From contig NC_057717.1 of assembly GCF_004010195.1 (NCBI RefSeq), forward strand, positions 103,548,631 through 103,612,630: a DNA stretch of 64,000 nt. The letters run 5' to 3'. A program made the position numbers and the translations under genes. Below, one piece after another: positions 50,075 to 61,723 of the stretch (position 1 is its first letter; each line of letters opens with the position of its first letter). The notes beneath the pieces are model-generated. The model saw only the letters and a list, made by a program, of their open reading frames with translations, did no database searches and had not been told where the DNA came from. Source of the DNA: Chiloscyllium plagiosum. Lineage: Eukaryota.

Positions 50075-50500
50075 AAGAAATGTCTTCTTGTTGTGGTTCT
50101 GTTCGCCGAGCTGGGAATTTGTGTTGCAGACGTTTCATCCCCTGTCTCGGTGACATCCTTAGTGCTTGGGAGTCTCCTGTTAAGCGCTTCTGTGGTGTTT
50201 CTTCCAGCATTTATAGTGGTTTGAATCTGCCGCCTCCGGTTGTCAGTTCCAGCTGTCCGCTGCAGTGGCCGGTATATTTGCAGTCCTCACTTTCTCCCCG
50301 AAGATTTTTGTCCTATAATGGTAATGTTGTCCCAGTCGAACTCATGTTGCTTGTCATCTGCGTGTGTGGCTACTAAGGATAGCTGGTTGTGTCGTTTCGT
50401 GGCTAGTTGGTGTTCATGGATACGGATCGTTAGCTGTCTTCCTGTTTGTCCTATATAGTGTTTTGTGCAGTCCTTGCATAGGATTTTGTCTTCTTTTTCA
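50075..50500 (-). mobile_element. Second Penelope-like family: GIY-YIG fragment plus terminal repeat
   Basis: KILCKDCTKHYIGQTGRQLTIRIHEHQLATKRHNQLSLVATH; degenerate hammerhead-like core at 50129-50162. Confidence 0.85.
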
Positions 50501-51139
50501 GCAATCTCAACTTCTGAACTCCTTACTATTAACGCTGGCTTGTGCCCTGATTTAACACTGCTGTGGTTATCATTCATCTGGCTTTCTTGCCTGTTCTTTG
50601 CAAAGTGCAAGGTTCCCATCTTCCACTCAGCTGGAGTCCTAGAGGTACAGAGATCAAGGTTCATTGTTCCATTTCCTATTTTATTTATTCCTTTACAATA
50701 TCTCTAAGGAGGTTGGCACATCTGAGAGAATAGGGCTTCTCTGGAGCACATCAGATAGCCCAGAGTGAGCAAGGCTGCCTTCTCTCAGGAACATACGTAC
50801 ACTTTGCTAGAACGTTGATCGCAATGATGGGAGATTATAACCACTCTGGATCTCACTCTGTGATGTAACTTACTGCCCCCCCCATCCCCCAGGAAGCTTG
50901 ACAGTTACTGAGTATTCCATCTCGGCAACAAGAACTTCATTCAAACTCCAATTTGCTTCCCCCAACAAAGAATAACCAGATATGTTTGCACAGAAAACCC
51001 CAGTCATAGCTAACTTAGACAAACAGAAATCCAAGCTGCTTCAAGACGTGGGCTGATAAATACCAAGTAACATACACACCAGCTAATAACCATCTCCAAT
51101 ACAAGAGAATCTAACCATCAACCCTTGACATTCAATGGT

Positions 51140-52020
51140 GTCATTAGAGTCATAGAGCTGTACAGCACGAAAACAGAACCTTTGACCCAACTCATCCATG
51201 CCAACCAGACATTGTAAACTAAGCTAGTTCCATTTGCCAGCATTTAGCCAGCATGCCCTATTCATATACCCATGCAGATGCCTTTTAAATGCTGTCATTG
51301 TACCAGCCACCACCACTTCATCTGGCAGCTCATTCTACATACGCACCACCCTCTGTGTGAAAACGTTGCCCCTTAGGTCTCTTTTAAATCTTTCCCCTCT
51401 CATCGTAAACCTCTGCCCTCTAGTTCTGCACTTCCCCCACCCCAGGGAAAAGACTTTGTCTATTTACCCTATCCATGGCCCTAATGATTTTATAAACGTC
51501 TATGAGGTCACCCCTCAGCCTCCAACGCTCCAGGGAAAACAGCCCCAGCTTGTTCATCTTCACTATCCTATCTACCTGCCACTCCACTTTCAAGGAGCCA
51601 TGAACCTGCACTCCAAGGTCTCTTTGTTCAACAACACTCCCTAGGACCTTACTATTAAGTGTCTAAGTCCTGCTCTGATTTGCTTTTCCAAAATGCAGCA
51701 CCTCACCTTTTATCTAAATTAAACTCCATCCGCCACTCCTCAGCCCACTGGCCCATCTGATCAAGATCCTGTCACAATCTGAGGTAACTTTCTTCACTGT
51801 CCACTACACCTCCAATTTTGGTATCATTTGCAAACTTACTAACTATACCTCCTACGTCCACATCCAAATCATTTATATAAATGATGAACAGCAGTGGACC
51901 CAGTACCAATCCTTGTGGCACACCACTGGTCACAGGCCTCCAATCCAAAAGCAACCCCTCCACCACCATTCTCTGTCTCCACCTATGAACCAGTTTTGCA
52001 TCCAAATGGATAGTTCTTCC
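51140..52020 (-). mobile_element. CR1 LINE RT and 3' fragments
   Basis: WRPVTSGVPQGLVLGPLLFIIYINDLD..SKFANDTKIGG. Confidence 0.9.
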
Positions 52021-52690
52021 TGTATTCCACATTACTATCACCAAATCCTCACCTTCAATGTCATGGGAGTTACCATTGAAACTGAACTGGATTAACCATG
52101 TAAACACCATGGCTATAAGAGCAGGTTAGAGGCTAAGAGTAATCCACCTCCTGACTCCCCAAAGCCTGTCCACCATCTACAAGGCACAAGTCAGGAGGGT
52201 GATGGAATACTCCCCACTTGTCTGGATGGTGGCAGCTCCAACAACACTCAAGAAGCTCTTCACCATCCAGGACAAAGCAGCCCATTTGATTGGCACTTCA
52301 TTCAGAAGCAACCACTCCCTCCATCTCTGACGCTCAGTAGCAGCAGTACCTAAGATGAACTGGAGAAATTCACCAAGGCTCCTTAAGCTGAAACTTCCAA
52401 ACCAGACACTTTTACCATCCAGAAAGACAAGGGCAGCAGATACATGGGAACAACACCCCCTGCAGGTTCCCCTCCAGGCTACTCACTATCCTGACTTGAA
52501 AATATATCGCCATTCCTTCAGTGTCACTGGGTCAAAATCCTGGAACTCCCTCCCTAATGACACTGTGGGTCAACCCACAGTAGGTCAATGTTCAAGATGG
52601 CAGCTCAACCCCACCTCCTCACGGGGCAACAAGGGATGGGCAATAAATGCTGACCCAGCCAGCTACGTCCACATCCCATGAAAGGATAGG
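52020..52690 (+). mobile_element. 3' end of a second LINE family (CR1/L2-like)
   Basis: LSTIYKAQVR.VMEYSPL.W...KSWNSLP C-terminal pattern and a GGGCAATAAATGCTG tail seen elsewhere in the window. Confidence 0.7.
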
Positions 52691-52890
52691 AGAAAGCCTG
52701 ACCTCTTTCCCAGCACCATTGGCTAGTTTATCACTACTCAGATCATATCTCAGCCAGATTTCTCGTAATATGCATTATGCTTTACCCACTGCTGTCCTGT
52801 TAACATACAGAGCTTGCTGAGTTTACCAACATTTTATTCCAATCGCGAGATGCTCTAAGGCAGTTTAATCAGGATGGATAAGATATTTAC

Positions 52891-52933
52891 CTGCTTTGAC
52901 TGCACGGCTTGGAGCAATTCTGTTACTTTTACT
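52891..52933 (-). CDS. VAV1: VAV1 linker exon
   Basis: SKSNRIAPSRAVKA(G); 43 nt; phases fit both neighbours; strong splice sites. Confidence 0.8.
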
Positions 52934-53014
52934 CTGCAGAGGAGAACATTTTTGCATTTAATTTATTAAGAGTCATATCTAATATTATTAAGTCATAAGA
53001 TTAATTATAACATT

Positions 53015-53879
53015 TGTTATGATCCTAATTGATGCTAATACTGGACAATTCAGAGCCCAGACTAAAATCTGGCTTGATAGATCATTACTTTTTGTTTCAA
53101 TTTGATTAAATAAAAGCTCAAAATGTTGCAGATTTATTTCTTTCTCAGTAAAACAGAAATTTATAGCATGACAGCAATGAAGATAAAGTAGAATGAATCA
53201 AAGTATTTACATATAACACAAACCTAAAAAACACTTGAAACACAGAGTAAAAATAAAATCCCATTCATCCTAAATGCATCCCAATAGAGTACTCACACCA
53301 GAGAGAACTCTCTATCACCCCATGGGGCTTAATTTAACATTGGCTTCAACGCCCAGCTTTGAGAATATGACAGCCACGTCTTAGAGCTTCTATGCTATTA
53401 AGCTTAACCTTTCTCACTTTCGAGTAACCACTTCAGGGTTTTACGCAAACACTGTTGGTCAGGAATATTTACTAAACTCCTTACAACAAGATAACATATT
53501 TTAGCAATTGAAATAATCTTCTCCCTTTCTCTAGTTACAGCCAAAAACCCTGTAAAACGGCCCTAAACTGAAAATAACAGTTCTTTTTACCCAAACAGGT
53601 GTTACCCCCAAGCCCAAGCCCAAGAATATCTGGAATCTTCTATCTGAAAGCCAATTGCACCACTATTTATTCACTGATGAACTCTCCCATTATAACCAAA
53701 AGAAAAACTTTTCAGGAAATCTCTCTCTCTCTCATACTGTGTTTTGAGATAAATCACCATGGCTACAGAAATATTGACAAGTTAATTACTAAACCTCATC
53801 ACATGCAAAAAAAAATGCTTATGCCATTAGTTCAAATTAAACGATTCAAACTCAAATATTGGAAGATATAAACATCACA
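53015..53879. mobile_element. Putative solo LTR
   Basis: TGTTATGAT...CATCACA termini (TG..CA with short inverted ends); no TSD confirmed. Confidence 0.4.
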
Positions 53880-54536
53880 AAGCTTACATTAATAAGAACG
53901 CAGAGAAGGTTCTCGGCTCCTTTCAAAAGTATCAAACCATTTATTCCATTGTTGCTCCATCCAACCCTCATCGCACTCCATTTACTGCTGTATTACCCCC
54001 CACTACCAACCTACCCATTTGTTAGTGTTCTATGTGACATTTTCCCAGGTGAGCATTTCTTGTGGTATTAGCCACCTCTTGCTGTATGTGGGAGGTGGCT
54101 AAGAGTTTTCTGAGCTAGTTCCACTCCTTGTTTACCCTAGCTTGCCTTTGGCATATCCTGTGATCAGTGATAAATGCTACACAACCATAAAGAACCTATA
54201 GAGGGGTCTTTTCTTAGCTAGTAAGAAGGTTAGCAATAAGTACAAACATTTTTCTCAGGGGTAATGACTAGGACCTTGATGAGTTAGTCTAGACTCAATC
54301 TGCTTCCTCTGAAAGCTGGACAGTCTCCAGCCACAGACTTAGAGTGACATTGGTAGAATGGGTGGAGCCAGTGTAGCAAGAACATTAACCCTTTTAGCAC
54401 CATTATTTTAACACCACCTCCCTCGAAAATGACCAGATAATCTCTTTAATCTCACCAGCCTCTTGACAGTTCTATAGTATTTATAGTAAAATACTTAATA
54501 AAAGCAGCAAATACTGTGTTAGAAATTTACAAGTAC

Positions 54537-54562
54537 CTTGGTCAAAGTCGATGATCCACTGT
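54537..54562 (-). CDS. VAV1: VAV1 26-nt microexon
   Basis: (D)SGSSTLTK; tttacag| acceptor and |GTACTT donor; bridges phase 1 to phase 0 as required. Confidence 0.8.
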
Positions 54563-55565
54563 CTGTAAATAAAACAACATGAGTAAGATTTAAAACCAGA
54601 AGGAAAAAGCAGTATGTTTCTGACCAGTGACTATCTCACTAACTAGACAGTCTTTGTTACTATGATCACTAGAACTCTATAGATGTGCACTTGCAATGCC
54701 AAGACATACAAGGCTATGGGCCAAGTGCAGGAAAATGGGTTTAGAATAGTTAGGTGGGTAGTTTTGACCAGGTTAGACACATTGGGTCTTCCCCCTGCTC
54801 TAAGATTCTATCTAAAATTCGCCAGAGCACCAGGAAGATCTCCCCTTTCATTTTACCTGTTCCAACCACAGGGTCTAAGTGCCATGCCCCATCCAAACTC
54901 CTGCACCTCAGACAATGCAGCACTCCTTGGGTACTGCACTGGAGTATCTGCACTACAGAAGTTGTGTTCAAATCTCTGGAGGAGGACTTGAATCCACGAC
55001 AAATGATGCCGGGGGCAAGAGTGTTATTCACGGAATCAAACTAAATGAAGGTTTTAAACGTCCAGCCAATATGCAAATCTGACAATATCAGGACACTGAA
55101 AAGAACAAATGTTGGAGATCTCAGCAGGTCAGGCACTATCCATGGAGAGAGAGCAAGGTCAAGTTTCCCGTCTGGATTGATTCTTCATCAGTAAGGTTAG
55201 CTTGCTCTCTCTCCATGAATGCTGCATGACCCATTGTGATCTCCAGCATTTGTTGTTTTCAGTACAGATTCCAGCATCTGCAGTAATTCGCCCCTATAAT
55301 ATCAGGAGGCTGCTTGTTACTGCAACATCCCATTATCACAAGCCTCCTGACCAGGTTAAGGTGGTTAGATTGGCTCGACCTTCAGGCTCACTGGGCGACT
55401 GAGTTGGTGTAAGAGGACAATGCCAGCAAAGCAAAGAGCTGTGGATGCTGGAGATCTGAAACCAAAAGAGACATTGCTGGCGAGACTCATCACAAAGGGT
55501 CACTGGACTCGAAGCGTTAACTCTGTTTTCTCCCCACAGATGCTGCCAGACCAACTGAGTCTCAC

Positions 55566-55657
55566 CTTGCCTTCCACACGGAGCGACCCTCCCTAAACAT
55601 TCCTTGTGAGCTGCGGACTTGCACTTGCTGCAGCGATAACCCTGGAAGAAGGTGCCC
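55566..55657 (-). CDS. VAV1: VAV1 C1 zinc-finger exon 2
   Basis: [30 protein letters not shown]; 92 nt. Confidence 0.95.
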
Positions 55658-56989
55658 CTGTTGGGTGACAGAACAGCGAGAGGGCATTGATTTCAGACCA
55701 ATGTCACTGTTAAACTTGCAGAGAGAAGTTTTAGACCACAAAGGCTCCATATGACAAAAAAGATATACAGGCAAGTGTAGGAAAGGATTAACTGAGAGGT
55801 TATACTCACCAGGAAAGTTTGGAGCTCCCTTCTCAAGGAGGGAGGCCTGGTTGAGGTCTTTAGAAAGACTGTTTTACAATAGAAATATGGTAGAAATTCA
55901 CTTGCAGGTGAGATTGGGACTATAAATACCAGACAGCCACTAATAAATCCAATTAGGAATTCAGGAGAGGTATCTTTACCTGTTCTACGGTCTACTGTAA
56001 AGATGTGTTTCAGGTCAGGTAAAGTCTCCATAGTTTCATTATAGAGAGACAACTGAGGCTTAACCTGAGGGTCACCATGCCTCAGGTGAGGGGAGAGGTT
56101 GAGAGGGAGCGTCCTCCATGGTAACCTCAGCTGGTGCAGGAATTGAAACTGCTCTGTTGGAGTCACTGTACAGCCAACCAGGTAAAAACAATGACTGCAG
56201 ATGCTGGAAACCAGATTCTGGATTCGTGGTGCTGGAAGAGCACAGCAGTTCAGGCAGCATCCGAGGAGCTGCGAAATCGACGTTTCGGGCAAAAGCCCTT
56301 CATCAGGAATAAAGGCAGTGAGCCTGAAGCGTGGAGAGAACCAGCCAACTGAGCTAACTGACTCCTACACTTAGGGCGCTTCATAAACAGATGATGAGAG
56401 GAAAGGAATTAGATGGCTATGTTGGTAGAGTGAGATGCAGAGGGTTCAGGAGGGGAAATTAAACACCAGCACAGACCAAACAGCTAAGTAAGAATTGTAC
56501 TGGTCATGCCAACATGGCCACCTGCCCATCCCGTTAGAGCAGAGGTCAGTCTTGCCATTACATTGCCATGGGAGTTACCACCTCTCTGGCCTCGTCCCAT
56601 TGTCTACTGTCCCCTCCCCCTGCAGCCCCAACCCCCCACTTCCCACATGACTCGCTGCACCCTTTCACCAGCAGCAAGTCAGCCATAACATGCTGCCCAG
56701 TGGATTTCGCCATCCCCTGACATTTTCAGTGAGGCTGGTACTTGATGGGAAAGCTGTGTATCGGGGCAGGCGCGGTCGCTAGGCTATCCTGGCCGAGCCT
56801 TGGGGACGAACATAGATAAGTCATACACAACTTTGTAATGTTCAGAGTTACTGCAGGTGGCGATAGTGAGCAGTACAGCTCACCATTCTCCTGTTGCGTC
56901 ACCTGCAGAAATCAGGCTCATTGACAACCTCAGTAATTGCCAATCTCCAATTTTCTCCATTACATTTACATTCTATTGAGACTGTAACA

Positions 56990-57450
56990 AGCCATAGTTG
57001 TTGGTCATGCTGCCTGGTATGGAAGGTGCTAGCTATGAAGAGAGGTTGAGGAGATTGTTTTCATTAGAAAAAGGGAAATTGAGGGGAGACCTCTTTGAGG
57101 TCTACAAAATCATGAAGGGTATAGACAGGATGGATAAGCGATAAGCTTTTTCCTAGGATGAGGGATTCAATAACAAGAGGTCATGTGTTTAAGGTGAGAG
57201 GTGAAAAGTTTAAGGGGGATACACGCAGAAAGTACTTTACACAGAGGGTGGTGGGTGCCTGGAATGCGTTGCCAGCAGAGGTGGTAGAGGCAGGCCCGGT
57301 AGATTCAGTTAAGGTGCGTCTGGACAGATGCACGAGTAGGTAGGGAGCAGAGGGATACAGATCCTTAGGAATTGGGCGATGGGTTTAGACAATGGATTTG
57401 GATCGGCTCAGGCTTGGAGGGCCGAAGGGCCTGTTCCTGGGCTGTAGATT
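56990..57450 (+). mobile_element. CR1 LINE 3' fragment
   Basis: TRGHVFKVRGEKFKGD..YFTQRVVGAWNALPAEVVEA. Confidence 0.88.
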
Positions 57451-57455
57451 TTCTT

Positions 57456-59636
57456 TGTTATAATTAGGTCAGCCAGGTGGACCTCAGAGAATCTGAGTTC
57501 CCCAATTGGGGCTGTTAACCTGGTCCAATCAGGGAGCCCTGGCTGACAGATATTAACAGGAGGGGTACAGCTGTCAATGTTTTTTTGTAAACTGTTTTGT
57601 AATTTGTTCAATAAAAAAAAAAAAAAAAAAATTAACAGGAGGGTCAGACGTTCTGTTCACTCTGAGAGCTGGTTCTGAGGGAGCTGGGTCAGTGTCCAGG
57701 ATACTCCATTTTGTTTTGGGGAGGGGACTGACTCTGTGCTGGCTGGTGCTATAGTCAGTGTGTTACTGTTGGTTTCTGTTTCCCTTTTCTTTTGAAACCT
57801 GATTCCTGAACTGGCTGAATTATTTCGCCAGTTTGTTAACTGGTATTCCTTTTAGTTAGGACTGATTGTTAAACTCCTGATGCACATAATGTGTTTCAGG
57901 TGTAACTCAGTTCTCATTTGGGGGTTGTTGTTTCACTGGCTGGTTACAGCCTGGGTGTTACTCTTTTCGCTTTTTTTACCTTTTGAGGAAAGGACAATGT
58001 TAATTTTGTGGTAGGGCTTAGCCCTTGGACTGTAGTTTTCTTTAGTTTTTTGTATGTGTCCTCACTGTGTTTGGTGTTTGGACTGAGCCCTTGTGGAAGA
58101 CATACATTTTACCAGAGGAGCTGTTCCTGTGGGGAGGCCTAGCCCTGGGACTGGGCCTCTGAAGATTGAACATCTGTGTGTGTGCTGGGAGGTGAGCAGT
58201 TGCTGTATCCTGGAGTTTGGGAGAAGACCTTTCCTTTTGGAGTGGACCAAACCCCTGTGAGTTAACTGTACCTGTACAATATACTGTGTTCCTGTGAGTG
58301 GGCCTGGTTTTCCAAGACTGGGCCAGGACTCCATGGAGACTGAAAACCCGTGTGCTGTGGGGTGTGCATTTGCTGCCTTCAGGAGTGGACTCTGCCTCTG
58401 CCTCTGGTTGGGGACCCTGTTTTTTTATTGGTGGACTCTGCAATTTGGAGTGGACTCCATTTCGGACAATACATCTCGTAAACTGGAATGGGCTCTTCCT
58501 GGGAATGGACTCTATATTTTGAAGACTCTATATTTGGACTGTGTACCAGAAAGGACTCTTTTTTTGGTAATAAACTGTACCGTGTTGTTTGTTGGGTCTA
58601 TCACCTGCACTGTCTTGTGTGTCCCTGGGTCTGGCAGGCCTTACTGTGAGCTGGGAGGCTCATGGGTCATCCTGAAAGCTGTCACCCTGAGAGCCGGAGG
58701 GTGGGTAGGCCATCCTGTGAACCTGAAGGTTGGTAGGCTGTCCCGAATGCTGTAGGGTGGGTAGGCCACCCAGATGCCAGTTGCCCCGAGAGCCAGAAGG
58801 TGGGTTGGCTGTTCTGAGTGCTGTCGTCCCGAGAAGGGGTAATCGGGACGGGCTGTCCTAGAAGTGGTCAGAAAGTGTGTCAGAGCAGCCGAGAGCCAGA
58901 AGGCGCGTAGGGGCAGGCTGAGATCCAGAAGGCTTGTGGGCTACCCTGCACGCTGTCATCCCAGGAAAGGGGACAGGTTGTCCTAGAGGTGGCCGGAAGG
59001 TGTGTCAGGGTAGCCCACTGGCCAGATGGCACATCGGGGTGGGTGAGAGCCCAATGGTACGTAGGGGCAGACTGAGAGCCAGAAGGTGGGTAGCCATCCT
59101 CAGCGCTGTCACCCCGGGCAGGTACTGGGGCAGGCTGCCCCAGAGGTGGTCGAAAAGTGTGTCAGGGTGGACCGAGAACTGGAAGGGGAATGGGGTGGAC
59201 CGAGAGCCAGAGGGTGCGTCGGGGCGGGCTGCCTTAGAGTGGCCGGAAGGGAGGGACAGGAGCTTGCTGGGTCTGTATTGTCTGCACTTTCCTATGTAAC
59301 AGGATTGTCTCATGTACAAATGTCATTGTCACTGTCTTTTCATATGTGGAACTATGATTTGGGGTTTGTCCTCATTTCCCTGTAAACTGGTTGAACGGTA
59401 GGGTTTGGGGCCTGGCTTTGCTGCTCCTTGTAAAATTGCTGTTGCATACAGCTGTAAATGTTAACTGTTTTTCTGTAACCTCTTTTGTAATTGTTTAATA
59501 AAATTTAAAAAAAATTAACAGGAGAATCAGAGGTTCTGTTCACTCTGAGAGCTGGCTCTGAGGGAGCTGGGTCAGGGTCAAGACTTTTCCACATATAAAG
59601 GTTGACGGGATACCTTCCTCTGCAGAGTTATTTCCA
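57456..59636 (+). mobile_element. Solo-LTR-like element interrupted by two related poly(A)-tailed retro-insertions
   Basis: TGTTATAA start, CCAATCAG and TATTAA promoter-like motifs, TTATTTCCA end; inserts at 57565-57630 and about 57709-59513 both end AATAAA-An before ATTAACAGGAG. Confidence 0.65.
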
Positions 59637-60274
59637 AAACCATAATATTTCTCCCTTGTGATTGTGGTGTAAACATTTGCACAGTGAATTTTTAAATTTC
59701 TGAGTATTTAGAGAATCACTAGAGCTCTATGACACAAAGGCATCTTTTAAAAGGATTGCCACTGGTCTGTAGGTTTTGTATTTGCAAATGAGCTGATCAG
59801 ATTCGCACTGCAAATCCCAACAAGGATCATCTGGAAGAGAGGATTGAAAACACTGCACCCATGAGGAAGGTGAGGAGATGGTTTTGGATCAGGACAGCCC
59901 TGGGCGACCGCGTGTTGCTGCTGCTGGGGTGGCACAGTGACTCAGCAGTTAGCACTGCTGCCTCACTACAACAAGGACCCGGGTTCGATTCCTGCCTCAG
60001 GCAGACTGTCTGTGTAGATTTGCGCATTCTCTCCGTGTCTCTGTGGGTTTGTTCTGGTTTCCTCCCACAATCCAAAGGTGTGCAGGTCAGGTGAATTGGT
60101 CATGTTAAATTGCCCACAGTGTTAGGTGCATTAATCAGGGGTAAATATAGGGCAGGGGAGTGGGTCTGGGTGGGTTACTCTTCTGACGGTCAGTATGGAC
60201 TTGTTGGGCCGAAGGGTCTGTTTCCATACTGTAGGGAATCGAATCTAAAAGTCCTTTGTCCTCAGGGTCCATAC

Positions 60275-60376
60275 CTGAGTAACATCTGACACGCCTTGCA
60301 TGTTGCTGACTCTTCAAACGAGTGCATCCGAAAATCATGGTTGTTTGAGCTCCCATTCTCTGGGAAGATGTTCGAT
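60275..60376 (-). CDS. VAV1: VAV1 C1 zinc-finger exon 1
   Basis: SNIFPENGSSNNHDFRMHSFEESATCKACQMLL(R); 102 nt. Confidence 0.95.
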
Positions 60377-61613
60377 CTAAGAAACAATTCACAGTTAGAA
60401 ACATAGGAACCAGGAGGAGGTCTTTCTTCCCTTAGAACCTGCTCTGACGTTCAACATGATCATGTCTAATCCTCTATCTGAGCTCTCTATTTCCGCTTCT
60501 GCCTGACTATCCCTAATGTCTGCACTATCTAAAAGAACACTCTCTTTCCTGAGTACATTGAGTGGTTGGCCTCCATAGCTTTCTGTGGTAGGGAACTCCC
60601 ACAGGCTCATTACCCTCTGAGTGAAGAAATCTTCAATGGTCCACCCCATGTCCCACCACATGACAGGCAAAAATGAGGACTGCAGATGCTGGAAATCAGA
60701 GTCTAGATCAGAGTGGTGCTGGAAAAGCACAGCAGGTCAGGCACCATTTTCCTGCTCCTCGGATGCTGCCCCACCACATGATATCTTCATCTTGCTCACC
60801 ATGCTTATACTCCACATCCTACAACATCCATCTCCGAAAATCAATCACATTGTTCTCCAACAACTACATTCCTGACAGAGGCCTTATGTCGACTCTCCTG
60901 CTCCCCGGATGATGCCTGGCTCGCTGTGCTTTTCCAGCACCGCACTTTTTGTCTCCAGCAACCACAGTCTACTGTGGCAGACTTCCAAATTTCTACCACT
61001 CCTTTGTGTAAAGTTTAAACAGTGATCTGTAATCCTTTCATTTTGTTCCCTTGATTCCTCTGGAGAGAAAATAGCTTTAAGTATCGACCTGGTCGGATCC
61101 TGTTGTTAAGTGCAACCTGCAACCCTTTACATCTTCGCGTAAGTCACACAATGTATGATAACGGAAGTGGAACTCCAGGTCAAAGCTAATTGCTTTTGGC
61201 ATCCTTTTCTGGTTTTGGCCCCATTATGTTACATGGCTGTCAGCAATCACCCCACTGTACAACATACCAAGGCATTAGGGCGGCATGGTGGCTCAGTGGT
61301 TAGCACTGCTGCCTCACAGCACCAGGGTCGCAGGTTTGATTCCAGCCTCGGGCGACTGGAATTTGCACATCCTCCCTGTGTCTGCGTGAGTGTCCTCTGG
61401 GTGCTCTGGTTTCCTCCCACAGTCCAAAGATGTGCAGGTTAGGGTGAATTAGTGTTAGGTGCATTAGTCAGAGGGTAAATGGGTCTAGGTAGGTCACTCT
61501 TTGGAGGGTAGGTGTAGACTGGTTGGGCCGAAGGGCCTGTTTCCACACTGTAGGGGAATCTAACCTAATAATTACAGCCCCAAGCTAATCAATCTTCCCA
61601 ATGGTGCACTTAC

Positions 61614-61723
61614 AAAGCCATCTCAAACTGCTCCAGCCATTTCTTTTTCAGCTCCCTGGTCTTGAAGAAGAACTCATAGCCATGTTGCCCATGAGCCTCA
61701 ATGAGTAGGAACATATGGCTCCA
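61614..61723 (-). CDS. VAV1: VAV1 PH-domain exon
   Basis: WSHMFLLIEAHGQHGYEFFFKTRELKKKWLEQFEMA(L); 110 nt; WSHMFLLIE is VAV1-like. Confidence 0.96.

Noticed and set aside
61278-61350. tRNA genes (A/B-box sequences here and at many other sites)
   Set aside because: They are heads of a tRNA-derived SINE family and continue into the SINE body and CR1-like tail
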